Assembly: GCA_003132665.1 (NCBI GenBank)
Contig: PKYN01000018.1
Location: forward strand, 41,022 to 105,021
Length of the DNA stretch: 64,000 nt
Origin: Actinomycetota bacterium
Lineage (GTDB): Bacteria > Actinomycetota > Thermoleophilia > Gaiellales > Gaiellaceae
Direction of reading: 5' to 3'
Of this stretch, positions 6,943 through 22,245 are shown piece by piece. The position numbers were made by a program, and so were the translations under genes. The notes under the pieces were generated by a model. That model searched no databases. It was not told the DNA's origin and saw only the letters and a list, made by a program, of their open reading frames with translations. How positions within the stretch are numbered: the stretch's first letter is position 1; every line of letters starts with the position of its first letter.

Positions 6943-7425
6943 CTAACGGTAACCGCCCTCGATCTTCTGAGAGGAGCGCGCGAGTTCTCGCAAGTGCTCT
7001 TTCCTAGTGAGAGCTCGGCGCTCGCGATAGGCAATGAGATCCTCGATCCGGATTCGTCTGTGGCTACCAACGCGCTCGAACGGAAGCTCGCCGGCGTCAC
7101 AGAGCTTGACAACGTGCGGGCGCGAGACGTGCAGCAGATCGGCGGCCTGCTGCGTGGTGAGGTGAAGACCGTAGGGCATCAGAGCGATTGTCTGCCCCTT
7201 CGCCATCGCCTCGGCAACGTTCTTGAGTATCTTGAACACAGACGCGGGTAGCTCGACCGGCTTCTCGTCGGGGTTCGGACCGATTAGGAGAGCCCTACCC
7301 CTCTCATGGTAGATCTCCTCGATCCGCTCGCTTAGGCGCTCCAGGCCTGGAGCCTCTTCACGGGTCGGTTGAACGACGTTGTCAGAGAAAGCAGAGGAAG
7401 AAGGAGTCGCTGGCACGGGAACCAC
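6943..7425 (-). CDS. Excisionase/MerR-like HTH DNA-binding protein (putative antitoxin of the PIN gene)
   Basis: LTTQQAADLLHVSRPHVVKLCDAGELPFERVGSHRRIRIEDLIAY is an excisionase-family HTH. It lies immediately upstream of the PIN frame. Confidence 0.7.
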   Translation of the reverse strand: MVPVPATPSSSAFSDNVVQPTREEAPGLERLSERIEEIYHERGRALLIGPNPDEKPVELPASVFKILKNVAEAMAKGQTIALMPYGLHLTTQQAADLLHVSRPHVVKLCDAGELPFERVGSHRRIRIEDLIAYRERRALTRKEHLRELARSSQKIEGGYR

Positions 7426-7542
7426 CTCCTACGCGCATCCTAGCAGTACTCGAAATAAACGCAACATACGAAACAACCGCAATATCGGCATTTCCGTCCT
7501 AGGCTTTAGTGAAACCGAGCGCGATTGAGCAATCAGTTCTCT

Positions 7543-10697
<3,155 letters not shown>

Positions 10698-10701
<4 letters not shown>

Positions 10702-11350
10702 TCCGCCTCAGGCTCCTCTTTGGGTGCAGCTAACTCTCCGCATAAGCGCTCGCCCATTTCCACATAGGCGTCGTGATCAACCGAATACAGCACTTCGCTC
10801 GCGTAGTAGCTGCTCTCTCCGATATCTAGCATCTCGCACTCGCGATCGATCGCGCGGTCGTACTCGCTATCGGGGTCAGGCAAAGTTGGCGGCGAGTTTT
10901 CGAAAACTGCCTGCGCTAGCCTCTCTCCGGCGTTAGAAACCTCGAAAAGGACCGAGAACACCCACAGAGCGGCTTCTCTGACCAACGCCAAGACGTTTTT
11001 CTCGGGAATACCCTTTTGACCTCCGTGGTATTGCTCGTTTCTATGACCGTGAGCCCAAACGATATGGCTCTTTTCAACCTCCCACGTCAGGCCTCTATTA
11101 ACAAGCTCCGCTTCGAGGAAGTCGAGTTTGGAGTGGTAGTTCGCGAGCCATCGCTCTACATCACTCTTTTGGTACTCGCGGTTTCCGCGTTGGATCGGGT
11201 TCAGCGTTAGATAAGTTGTAATCGCAATTTCAATAGCGTCATCGAAGCTAATAAGCGCGATGCGCCGATCGAAATCTTCGCCGTCGATGAGATGACACTC
11301 GGCGTGAACGAGGAGCTCGAACGGACCATTCGCCCAGGGAGGAAGAGAGT

Positions 11351-11354
<4 letters not shown>
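10698..11354 (-). CDS. Hypothetical protein embedded in the hsd operon; HEPN-like Rx4H motif
   Basis: 218-aa ORF with a GTG start overlapping the hsdS stop (GTGA) and a stop overlapping the hsdR start (ATGA). HGHRNEQYH (R105-H110, nt 11025-11042) fits the HEPN Rx4-6H signature. The C-terminal tail is acidic. Composition is visibly more A/T-rich than the neighbours. Confidence 0.75.
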
Positions 11355-14177
<2,823 letters not shown>

Positions 14178-14319
14178 CTGCTCCTGGCCTCCGGTGGTTG
14201 GTGAGGGGGCGCGTCAGAACGCGTTGCCTAAAGGTTCGCCTTGATTCTGACGTCCTTTGCGGCCAGGTCTCATCCTATGACGCCTTGAGCGAACGCGAAG
14301 AGCGACCGATGACACTGGA

Positions 14320-14952
14320 ATGCCCTACGACGTAGGTAAGCGCCCGGCGGCATGGCTCTCGCGGCAAGTCGCTAGACGGAAATCTCGGATGTTATTGCTT
14401 GCTGCTGCGGGAGCGGCGATGGTCGCGCTGCTAGCGGCTTTGATTCTTCTTCACCAGCAAACCTTCGCTCTCATCGTCTCCATAGCAGTAATCCCGGTTT
14501 CCGTAGCCGTCTGGCACCTACCCGACAAGCTGGGTGATGATCTCGATAACTGGTCACTCGGCGAGAGAGCCGAGCTCTCGATCGGCGAACTCTTGAACGA
14601 GCTTCGCAACGAGGGCTTCATCGTCATGCACGATATCGAGCAAGAATACGAAGGCAACATCGACCACCTCGTCAGTGGCCCGACTGGTGTCTTCATGATC
14701 GAATCCAAGGCGAGAAGGTATCCGGACGAAGCGCCGAAGAAAGCGAAACGGCAGGCCAAGAAGCTCCGTAACGAACTCGTCGCGGAATGGGTTGAACCGT
14801 TGATCTGCATCAGCAACCGCGATGGGAAGCCTTTCATGCACGGAGGGGTTTGGATCGTCCCAAAGCAGCACCTCCTCGAATGGATCCGAGCCCAGCACAG
14901 AGAAACCGTTCCGTTCGAGCGCCTGGCCCGCTTCGCGGACAGCCTGCCTTAG
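14320..14952 (+). CDS. NERD (nuclease-related domain) protein with N-terminal transmembrane segments
   Basis: GERAELSIGELLNELRNEGFIVMHDI...NIDHLVSGPTGVFMIESKA matches the NERD pattern. Hydrophobic N-terminal helices are present. Confidence 0.8.
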   Translation: MPYDVGKRPAAWLSRQVARRKSRMLLLAAAGAAMVALLAALILLHQQTFALIVSIAVIPVSVAVWHLPDKLGDDLDNWSLGERAELSIGELLNELRNEGFIVMHDIEQEYEGNIDHLVSGPTGVFMIESKARRYPDEAPKKAKRQAKKLRNELVAEWVEPLICISNRDGKPFMHGGVWIVPKQHLLEWIRAQHRETVPFERLARFADSLP

Positions 14953-15717
14953 CTAAGAGTCGATACCTCGGCGCTCAAGCTCACGTGGACTCGCAACGAG
15001 AACCTCAACTGCCTCCGGCCAAGCATGCTTGTCGCGCTCCTCTTCGAACAGGTTTTCATCATCAACCACAAGAACAGCGGCGATGAGGCAGTGGCCACGT
15101 TCCACGTGGCGCGCGAGGCGCGTGGCGTCGGCGACGACGGCGTCGACCTTGAGCAGGTGGTCGAAGCGCCAGGTCTTCGAGCACCCAGCGGGAAAGTACT
15201 TACCCTCGAGGAAGAGCTCGTGACGGTGCGTCATGAAGCGCTGTTGCGATGTCTCGTCCTCGACGAAATCGAGCAGGTTCGAGACGACCAAGTCAATACG
15301 CTCCCGCTTGTCGGTTGCCGCGTCGAAATCGGCGAAACTCCAGCGCGCGACCGGCAGTTCGAAGTGAACCTGGTATGGAAACTCGCGCTCAAGTTCAAGG
15401 GCCATTCGAAAGACACAATCACCCTCGGTCCATAAGGTTGGTCCTTTGTAGTTGCGCGGGTCGGAGTAGTCATCCCAGCCGTAGTAGTGATGACCGCCGT
15501 AACGCGCGTAGATCTCCAGAAAACGGCCAAACGCCGCCTCCAAAGAGGTACGAATCGCGCGTGCTTCTACCGTCACGAGAAACCGACCATAGCGCCGCTC
15601 GCGATGCGCGGTACCGTTACCGCGCCTTCTAGCCGTCAGTACCGACCTACCCCCCGCGTAGATTTTCTCGAGGTATCGAGCAGGCCAATGCCAAACCACC
15701 CCGCAACACCCGACCAC
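14953..15717 (-). CDS. Hypothetical protein with a PD-(D/E)xK-like motif arrangement (start uncertain)
   Basis: ALELEREF ... RIDLVVSN ... HELFLEGKYF fits the E / D / ExK pattern. The listed ATG would overlap the aquaporin start. An internal GTG (FL-V-TVEARAIR) is an alternative start. No family recognised. Confidence 0.45.
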   Translation of the reverse strand: MVGCCGVVWHWPARYLEKIYAGGRSVLTARRRGNGTAHRERRYGRFLVTVEARAIRTSLEAAFGRFLEIYARYGGHHYYGWDDYSDPRNYKGPTLWTEGDCVFRMALELEREFPYQVHFELPVARWSFADFDAATDKRERIDLVVSNLLDFVEDETSQQRFMTHRHELFLEGKYFPAGCSKTWRFDHLLKVDAVVADATRLARHVERGHCLIAAVLVVDDENLFEEERDKHAWPEAVEVLVASPRELERRGIDS

Positions 15718-16497
15718 CCCGCCCCTCTCCCCACCCGCCGCTGGACCGCCCTCCTAGCCCTCGAGCCCCCGAGCCTCAAAGGCTTCGACGACCCCCTCGT
15801 CGAGTGGCGCCGCCTGTTCGCAGAACTCTTCGGAACCTTCCTACTCGTGCTCGTCGCCTGTGGCGGCCCCGTCGTCAACGCGCTCAGTCCCGGAAGCATC
15901 AGCCGCCCGGCCGCGGTCGCGGCGCCCGGGCTGATGGTGATGGCGATCATCCTCTTCATGGGCGCCGTCTCGGGCGCGCATCTCAACCCTGCCGTCACGC
16001 TCGCCTTCACGCTGCGCCGCGACTTCCTCTGGCGCCGCGTGCCCGGTTACGTGCTCGCCCAGCTGGCCGGAGCGACGCTGGCCTGCCTCTTTCTCTGGGC
16101 CGTCTACGGCAAGGTCGGCGCGCTCGGCGCGACCGTGCCCGGCGCCGGCATGACCGACTGGCAGGCGATGCTGACCGAGCTCGTGCTCACCCTCGGGCTG
16201 GCCAGCACGATTCTCGGCACGGCCTCGCGCGCCCAGAACGTCGGCCCGCTCTCGGCGCTCGCCGTCGGCGGCTACATCATCCTGGCCGGGCTCTGGGCGA
16301 GCCCGCTCTCGGGCGCCTCGATGAACCCGGCCCGCTCCTTCGGCCCCGACCTCGCGCTCGCAAACTTCAGCCACTTCTGGGTCTACGTCGTCGGGCCGCT
16401 GGCGGGCGCCGTGATCGCGGCCGGCTTCGCCTGGATCCTGCGCGGCCCGGGCGGCGACATCGGCGGCGTCACGGCCGCCCAGGGCAAGCTCGACTAG
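15688..16497 (+). CDS. MIP-family channel (aquaporin/glycerol facilitator)
   Basis: Two NPA boxes (HLNPAVT and SMNPARS) and six hydrophobic segments. The ATG at 15688 is preferred over the longer ORF-track start. Confidence 0.9.
   Translation: MPNHPATPDHPAPLPTRRWTALLALEPPSLKGFDDPLVEWRRLFAELFGTFLLVLVACGGPVVNALSPGSISRPAAVAAPGLMVMAIILFMGAVSGAHLNPAVTLAFTLRRDFLWRRVPGYVLAQLAGATLACLFLWAVYGKVGALGATVPGAGMTDWQAMLTELVLTLGLASTILGTASRAQNVGPLSALAVGGYIILAGLWASPLSGASMNPARSFGPDLALANFSHFWVYVVGPLAGAVIAAGFAWILRGPGGDIGGVTAAQGKLD
16421..16496. repeat. 76-bp direct repeat, copy 1 (authentic 3' end of the MIP gene)
   Basis: ccggcttcgcctggatcctgcgcggcccgggcggcgacatcggcggcgtcacggccgcccagggcaagctcgacta matches 18236-18311 at 73 of 76 positions. 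Confidence 0.85.
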
Positions 16498-16541
16498 CGG
16501 CGCGTTCCGCCCTGAGGTCACAGCTTGTGATCCGACCTCTT

Positions 16542-17312
16542 TCAGGCCCGGCGCCGCTGGTGGCACGAGGCCGGGCGGCTCGAGGGCTCGGGCAGCAGTT
16601 GCACTATGCGATCGGGCTGGAGCCCGTAGTTCTTCAGCCCGCGCTTCCTCAGGCAGCGGTAGATCGATCGGTTGGGGATCAAATGCCGCTTCCCGCCCGA
16701 GTCCATCAGCCAGCGCACGACCGACCCGTCCCAGTCCTTCGACGAGAAGATGACGTCTCTGAAGTCGGGCGGCCACTCCGGTCCCTGGTCGGCGAGATGG
16801 ACGAAGTGACTCGGCCAGTGCGCGCTTCCCCAGGCGATCGTCTGCCTGGTCGTTCGGTCGTAGCCGTAATTGTCGTCGGTAATCGTGATGCCCGAGGAGC
16901 TGACCGACTCCACGTAGGCGACGTGCGTGCTCCACTCCGCGATCGCGCCGACCGCCGGGCGATGGTTGACGCGCCGGCGCGAGACGTGCCTGTACCAGCT
17001 TCCGGCGTTGTCGTACCAGCCCGGGAACTCGAGGCCGTTCTTCCGCAGCCGGTAGGCCGCATACAGGGTGCAGTTGTGCGGCCCGGTCGAGTTGTAGCTG
17101 GCCTGTGTGCCACCGTATCTGGCCCAGGGCCAGCCCGAGCGCCGCGCCGTCTCGTAGCGGTAGCCGCCGCGCGCGCACTCGTAGCCGGTGGAGATGCACT
17201 TCAGCCTGTTGCCCTCGCGCGGGTAGCGACCCGGCATGCTCCCGCTCGCTCCGGTCGAAGTCGGGAAGGCGGCGATGACGACTGCGGCGGCGCAGACCGC
17301 GGTCATAGACAC
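16542..17312 (-). CDS. Secreted CHAP-domain peptidoglycan amidase/peptidase
   Basis: N-terminal signal-like MSMTAVCAAAVVIAAFP. The CHAP Cys (GPHNCTLYAAYRL) and His (STHVAYVESV) regions are present. Confidence 0.8.
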   Translation of the reverse strand: MSMTAVCAAAVVIAAFPTSTGASGSMPGRYPREGNRLKCISTGYECARGGYRYETARRSGWPWARYGGTQASYNSTGPHNCTLYAAYRLRKNGLEFPGWYDNAGSWYRHVSRRRVNHRPAVGAIAEWSTHVAYVESVSSSGITITDDNYGYDRTTRQTIAWGSAHWPSHFVHLADQGPEWPPDFRDVIFSSKDWDGSVVRWLMDSGGKRHLIPNRSIYRCLRKRGLKNYGLQPDRIVQLLPEPSSRPASCHQRRRA

Positions 17313-17539
17313 GAACGTGAGTGGCTTTCGCCGCTCTATTGCCTTCAGCGGTACGACCTGCCTCCGTGTCGGGATCAGGGCCAGGGGGATGCGGCGCGGA
17401 GGTTAGCCGGAGGCTCGGACGTGATTGGGGACGCTCTTTGGGCTGCTCTCCCAGCTGCACCTTTACTCCCGAGCGCCGAAAGCGGTCGCGCGCTAATTGC
17501 CTCTGGACATATCGAGCCCGGCACGGGAGAATTGCCGTC

Positions 17540-18214
17540 ATGCGCGGGATCTCCAACTTCAACGTCACCCTCTACGACCTCTTCGGCTATTTGATGCCGG
17601 GGCTCGTGGCGCTTGGCTCGCTCTCGCTCCTGGCTTGGTCTCTCTTCATCCCGACCCATCCGCTGCACTCGCCGGCGCTCACCAGCGTGGAGTGGCTGAT
17701 CGTGTTCGTGCTCGCCTACTTCCTCGGTCATCTCGTTCAGGCGATCGGCGACCTCGCCTTCTGGTGGGCGCACGAGGAGAAGGTTGCGGACAAGGTCGGC
17801 AAGGATGCCCTCGGCCCGGCGCGAATGAAAGAGCTGCAGAAGGCGGCGAAGCTCGATGACGAGCAAAAGAACTCCCTCTTCGGCTACTGCGACACCTACC
17901 TCGCTCAGCAGGGAAAGACGGCCGACCGCGAGATCTACCAGTACCGCGAGGGCTTCTACCGCGGGCTGACGATCGCCGTCGTTCCCGCCCTGGCGGCGAT
18001 CGTCGCGGAGCTGATCAGGGGCAGTGCCTCGCTGCGCGGCGGCCACAGCGTCCACCAGCTCGGCACGGGCCCGCTCGTCTTCGCGCTCCTGATCGTCCTG
18101 GCCACGATCGGGCTTTCCTTCTGGCGCTACCGGCGCTTCGTCGAGTACCGCGTGCGCGACGCGCTGTTCGGCTTCGCGATCGACAGCGAGAAGCCGCCGA
18201 CCTCAAAAGGCTGA
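17540..18214 (+). CDS. Hypothetical membrane protein
   Basis: ATG at 17540 (MRGISNFNVTLYDLFGYLMPGLVALGSLSLLAW). Several hydrophobic helices. No family recognised. The upstream part of the ORF-track model is Arg-rich and implausible. Confidence 0.55.
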   Translation: MRGISNFNVTLYDLFGYLMPGLVALGSLSLLAWSLFIPTHPLHSPALTSVEWLIVFVLAYFLGHLVQAIGDLAFWWAHEEKVADKVGKDALGPARMKELQKAAKLDDEQKNSLFGYCDTYLAQQGKTADREIYQYREGFYRGLTIAVVPALAAIVAELIRGSASLRGGHSVHQLGTGPLVFALLIVLATIGLSFWRYRRFVEYRVRDALFGFAIDSEKPPTSKG

Positions 18215-18235
18215 AAGCTGGGGCTTCTCGTCCTC

Positions 18236-18311
18236 CCGGCTTCGCCTGGATCCTGCGCGGCCCGGGCGGCGACATCGGCGGCGTGACGGCCTCCCAGGGC
18301 GAGCTCGACTA
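18236..18311. repeat. 76-bp direct repeat, copy 2 (orphan copy of the MIP gene 3' end, including a stop codon)
   Basis: Same 76 nt as 16421-16496 with 3 substitutions, ending in TAA instead of TAG. Flanks are unrelated on both sides. Confidence 0.85.
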
Positions 18312-18352
18312 ACGAACAGTCATAGCTACCGGAAAACGCCGAAGAAACCCGC

Positions 18353-18682
18353 CTATTTCGTCGCGGGCGCGTCGCTGATCCGCCACTCGATCCGCTTTCC
18401 GAGCACGGCCGCGAGCTTCTCTATCGTCGAGAGCTTCGTGTCAACGCTCGCAGACTCGAGACGGGCGACCTGCGACTGGGAGGTGCCCATCGCGGCCGCA
18501 ACCTCGGTCTGCGTGAGACCAGACGCTTCGCGTTCCCTGGCCAGGGCAAGAAGAAGTTCGCGGCGTTCTTCCGCTGCCCTCACGAGCGCGGGAAAGCCGG
18601 GGTTCCTGGCGCTTCGCTCGCGGATCACCTCGGCGAGGAAATCTTGCTCCATCTCGCTCCTATCCTCGCTTACACCATGCAT
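18353..18682 (-). CDS. XRE-family HTH antitoxin (HigA-like)
   Basis: SGLTQTEVAAAMGTSQSQVARLESASVDTKLSTIEKLAAVLG is a Cro/C1 HTH. It lies downstream of a Gp49/RelE-like toxin gene, the reversed order typical of HigBA. Confidence 0.8.
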   Translation of the reverse strand: MHGVSEDRSEMEQDFLAEVIRERSARNPGFPALVRAAEERRELLLALAREREASGLTQTEVAAAMGTSQSQVARLESASVDTKLSTIEKLAAVLGKRIEWRISDAPATK

Positions 18683-18728
18683 CGTATCTCATATATTAGT
18701 TATCAGCAAACACCCACCGCTGCCCCGC

Positions 18729-19103
18729 TCATCGACCACGGCCTCGCCAGTCGTTGAGCCGGCGCTTCGCCAGCTCGATCGTCTCGCGGGGTAGCCGCCC
18801 TTGCTTTTTCGAGAATGCCTCAAGCGCCAAGAGCACCTGATCGTGCTCGCCCTCCCGCGCGAAGAGGATACGAAAGCTCTGCCGATCGCCCTCAGCTTTT
18901 ACTTCGTATATTTCACCCTCAACGTGCTTTGCGACGCGAACGCCCTCCTTCGCCACAACCTTCATCGCCGCGATGACATCGGCAGCGTCCTCGTCGCCCA
19001 GGCTGTCGAGGAACTGCTTCACAGGACGACGGCCTCTCCGAGTGCGGTAATCGCGCCAGCGACGTTTCGATTCAGCGCTCTCCGGTTTCCGTCTCCGCGG
19101 CAC
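18729..19103 (-). CDS. RelE/HigB-like toxin (phage Gp49-like family)
   Basis: WRDYRTRRGRRPVKQFLDSL...EIYEVKAEGDRQSFRILFAREGEHDQVLLALEAFSKK matches the Gp49-like/HigB pattern. Confidence 0.7.
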   Translation of the reverse strand: MPRRRKPESAESKRRWRDYRTRRGRRPVKQFLDSLGDEDAADVIAAMKVVAKEGVRVAKHVEGEIYEVKAEGDRQSFRILFAREGEHDQVLLALEAFSKKQGRLPRETIELAKRRLNDWRGRGR

Positions 19104-19236
19104 CGCTCGAACTTAACCCCTCCGCACGGCCGAGCCGCCCATCGTTTGTAACAAAACCGTACAAGCGAAGAGTGCGAAGCGTTCGGACGCTGACCGCGAA
19201 GGCATTTACGAGACGCGGTGCGACCAGCCCGCCCCC

Positions 19237-20313
19237 CTAAACCGGCGGCGGCTCCCAGCCGCGCACGCTCTCAGCCTCCACGAACACGGCCTCGACCTCG
19301 TGCGGCTTGATCTCGCCCGCCTTGATCTGCTCGGCCCAGTGGCAGGTGACCAGGTGGCCGGGCTCGAGCTCGCGTAGCGGCGGCACATCCTCGCGGCAGC
19401 GTGTCGGCTGCACGAACGGGCAGCGGGTGTGGAAGCGGCAGGCCGGCGGCGGGTTGGCCGGGCTCGGGATGTCGCCGGCGAGCAGGATCGGCTTGCGCGC
19501 GCGCTCGACCTCGGGGTCGGGGATCGGCACCGCCGAGAGCAGCGAGATCGTGTAGGGATGGAGCGGGTTCGCGTACAGCTCGGCGGCCGGCGAGATCTCC
19601 ACGATCGAGCCCAGGTACATCACGGCGATGCGGTCGGAGATGTGCCGCACGACCGCCAGATCGTGCGCGATGAAAAGGTAAGTCAGCGAAAACTCCTTCT
19701 GCAGCTCCTCGAGCAGGTTGATGATCTGCGCCTGAATCGAGACGTCGAGCGCCGACACCGGCTCGTCGAGCACGATGAAGTCGGGGTTCAGCGCGAGCGC
19801 CCGCGCCACGCCGATCCGCTGGCGCTGTCCGCCCGAGAACTCGTGCGGGTAGCGGCTGGCCGCATCGCGCGGCAGGCCGACGATCTCCAGCAGCTCGGCG
19901 GCTCGGCGTGCCGTCGCGCGGCGGCTGGCCAACCGGTGCGCCCGCAGCGGCTCGCCGATGATGCGCGAGACGCTGTGGCGCGGATTGAGCGAGGCGAACG
20001 GGTCCTGGAAGACGATCTGCATCCGCCGGCGCAGGTTGCGCATTCCCTCGGCGCCAAGCTTGCTGATGTCCTGGCCGTCGAAGACGATCTTGCCCGAGGT
20101 CGGCTCATACAGCCGAAGCAGCGCTCGGCCCAGCGTCGACTTGCCGCAGCCCGACTCGCCCACCAGCCCCAGCGTCTCGCCGTGGCGGATCTCGAACGAG
20201 ACGTCGTCCACCGCCTTGATGTCGCCCACGTGGCGGTCGAGCACGATCCCGCTCCTGATCGGGAAGTAGAGCTTGAGCTGCTCGACCTCGACCAGGTTGC
20301 TTGTCGTGCTCAA
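19237..20313 (-). CDS. Oligopeptide/dipeptide ABC transporter ATP-binding protein (OppF/DppF-like)
   Basis: Walker [10 protein letters not shown], signature FSGGQRQR, Walker B FIVLDEP, and the C-terminal oligopeptide-type extension. A TTG start overlaps the upstream stop (TTGA). The 472-aa ORF-track extension is rejected. Confidence 0.9.
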   Translation of the reverse strand: MSTTSNLVEVEQLKLYFPIRSGIVLDRHVGDIKAVDDVSFEIRHGETLGLVGESGCGKSTLGRALLRLYEPTSGKIVFDGQDISKLGAEGMRNLRRRMQIVFQDPFASLNPRHSVSRIIGEPLRAHRLASRRATARRAAELLEIVGLPRDAASRYPHEFSGGQRQRIGVARALALNPDFIVLDEPVSALDVSIQAQIINLLEELQKEFSLTYLFIAHDLAVVRHISDRIAVMYLGSIVEISPAAELYANPLHPYTISLLSAVPIPDPEVERARKPILLAGDIPSPANPPPACRFHTRCPFVQPTRCREDVPPLRELEPGHLVTCHWAEQIKAGEIKPHEVEAVFVEAESVRGWEPPPV

Positions 20314-21347
20314 CCGATCGCCTCCTTGCGGATGCGCTGCCACTCGTCGGCGGGCACCGGGTTGAAGCAGGCCACGTAATGACCGGGCTCGATCTCGACC
20401 AGATGCGGAACCTCCAGTCGCGACTGCTCGACCTCGAAGCGGCAGCGCGGCTGAAACGGGCAGGCCGTCGGGAAGCTCAGCATGTCGCGCGGCGCGCCCT
20501 TGATCGGCCGTAGCGCCACCCGGCGCGTGTAGTCGAGCCGCGGCACGCTCTCCAGCAGTCCGAGCGTGTAGGGATGCCGCGGTCGCTGGAAGATGTGCTC
20601 GGCCGTGCCCCGCTCCATGAACATCCCGCCGTACATCACGTCGATGCCGGTGCACATCCCCGCGACCACGCCCAGGTCGTGCGTGATCAGGATCAGCGCC
20701 GTTCCGCGCTCGGCCACCAGCTTGCGCAGCACGTCCAGGATCTGCGCCTGGATCGTGACATCCAGCGCCGTGGTCGGCTCGTCCGCGATCAACAGCTTCG
20801 GCTCGCAGGCCAGCGCCATCGCGATCATCGCGCGCTGGCGCATGCCGCCCGAGAACTGGTGCGGGTAATCGTGGATGCGCTCCTTGGCGCCGGGGATGCC
20901 GACCTGCTCGAGCAGCTCGATCGCTCTTCGCATCGCCTGCTTGCGGGCCATCCCGAAGTGCGTCTCGAGCGGCTCGACGATCTGCCGCCCGATCGTCAGC
21001 ACCGGGTTCAGGCTGGTCATCGGGTCCTGGAAGATCATCGCGATCTCCTTGCCCCTGATCCGGCGCATGTCGTGGTCGGAGAGCTTGAGCAGATCCTTCC
21101 CGTCGAAGCGGGCGCTGCCGGCGACCACCCGGCCCGCGCGCGGCAGGATGCCGAGCAGCGCCAGCGCGGTCACGCTCTTGCCGCAGCCCGACTCGCCGAC
21201 GATGCCCATCATCTCGCCCGGCGCGACCTTGAACGAGATGTCGTTGACGGCGTAGATCGTCCCGCGCGAGGTCCAGAACTCGACCCGCAGCCCGTCCACC
21301 TCGAGGATCGGGGCGACGGCGTCAGGAGCTCGCTCAGACACGGCCAC
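20310..21347 (-). CDS. Oligopeptide/dipeptide ABC transporter ATP-binding protein (OppD/DppD-like)
   Basis: Walker [10 protein letters not shown], signature FSGGMRQR, Walker [13 protein letters not shown]. Confidence 0.9.
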   Translation of the reverse strand: MAVSERAPDAVAPILEVDGLRVEFWTSRGTIYAVNDISFKVAPGEMMGIVGESGCGKSVTALALLGILPRAGRVVAGSARFDGKDLLKLSDHDMRRIRGKEIAMIFQDPMTSLNPVLTIGRQIVEPLETHFGMARKQAMRRAIELLEQVGIPGAKERIHDYPHQFSGGMRQRAMIAMALACEPKLLIADEPTTALDVTIQAQILDVLRKLVAERGTALILITHDLGVVAGMCTGIDVMYGGMFMERGTAEHIFQRPRHPYTLGLLESVPRLDYTRRVALRPIKGAPRDMLSFPTACPFQPRCRFEVEQSRLEVPHLVEIEPGHYVACFNPVPADEWQRIRKEAIG

Positions 21348-22245
21348 GCAGCTTCGGGTCGAGGGCCTCGCGCAGTCCGTCGCCGATCAGGTTGAAGCCG
21401 AGCACCGAGAGCACGATCGCCACGCCCGGCGCGATTGCCAGCCAGGGGGCGCTCTGCAGGTACTCGTTCACCTGGGTCAGCATCGTTCCCCACTCGGGCG
21501 TCGCAGGATCCTGCGGCCCCAGCCCCAGGAAGCCCAGTCCCGCGACGTCGATGATCGCGGTCGCCATCGCCAGCGTGCCCTGCACGATCACCGGCGAGAT
21601 CGCGTTCGGCAGGATGTGCGAGAAGAGGATGGCTCGCCTCCTTACGCCTACGGCGCGGGCGGCCAGCACGAAGTCCTGCTCGCGCTGCACCAGCACCGAT
21701 CCGCGCAGCAGCCGCGCGAAGATCGGCACGTTGGTGACCCCGACCGCGACCATGATCTGCCAGAGGCCGGTGCCGAGCATGGCCACGATCCCGATCGCGA
21801 GCAGCAGGCCCGGGATCGCCAGCATGACGTCCATGCAGCGCATCACGATCGTGTCGATGAGGCCGCCCGCGTAGCCGGCGATGGAGCCGAGAACGAGACC
21901 GATCGAGAGCCCCGACAGTGCCGACACGAAGCCGATGAGCAGCGAGAAGCGCGCCCCGAAGATGATTCGGGACAGTTCGTCGCGGCCGTTCAGGTCGATG
22001 CCCAGCCAGTGATGGATCGACGGTCCGGGGCAGCCGCTGGTGGAGCACTGCGAGAAGCCGACGTCCTGGTTTGGGCCGAAGGGCGCGATCCACGGTGCCA
22101 GCAGCGCGACCAGGGCGAAAAAGACGACCAGACAGAAGCCGATAATCGCCACCGGGTTCCGGCGCAGCCGGCTCCAGGCCTCGCGCCAAAGCCCGCTTGG
22201 CGCATCGCGCTGAACGTCGGCCCCCTCGAGCTCGGCGATGCTCAT
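21334..22245 (-). CDS. Oligopeptide/dipeptide ABC transporter permease (OppC/DppC-like)
   Basis: 303 aa and multi-pass. N-terminal LRRNPVAIIGFCLV and the binding-protein-dependent transport EAA-like region (AARAVGV...ILPNA). Confidence 0.9.
   Translation of the reverse strand: MSIAELEGADVQRDAPSGLWREAWSRLRRNPVAIIGFCLVVFFALVALLAPWIAPFGPNQDVGFSQCSTSGCPGPSIHHWLGIDLNGRDELSRIIFGARFSLLIGFVSALSGLSIGLVLGSIAGYAGGLIDTIVMRCMDVMLAIPGLLLAIGIVAMLGTGLWQIMVAVGVTNVPIFARLLRGSVLVQREQDFVLAARAVGVRRRAILFSHILPNAISPVIVQGTLAMATAIIDVAGLGFLGLGPQDPATPEWGTMLTQVNEYLQSAPWLAIAPGVAIVLSVLGFNLIGDGLREALDPKLRGRV

Noticed and set aside
15804-17594. Very long ORFs (596 aa on plus; 575 aa on minus at 15841-17568) spanning the aquaporin, CHAP and membrane-protein genes
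   Set aside because: The translations are Arg/Pro/Ala/Gly-rich low-complexity strings. They are out of frame or antisense to genes that have clear family motifs (NPA boxes, CHAP Cys/His). This is a typical high-G+C open-frame artefact.
16542-18214. The idea that the CHAP peptidase marks a prophage lysis module
   Set aside because: There is no holin-like small gene pair, and no terminase, capsid, tail or integrase genes nearby. The cassette is only two genes, bounded by the 76-bp repeat.
20314-20655. N-terminal extension of the OppF-like ORF (472-aa model)
   Set aside because: The extension overlaps oppD in another frame and is Arg/Ala-rich. A TTG start overlapping the oppD stop (TTGA) gives a normal-length ATPase.
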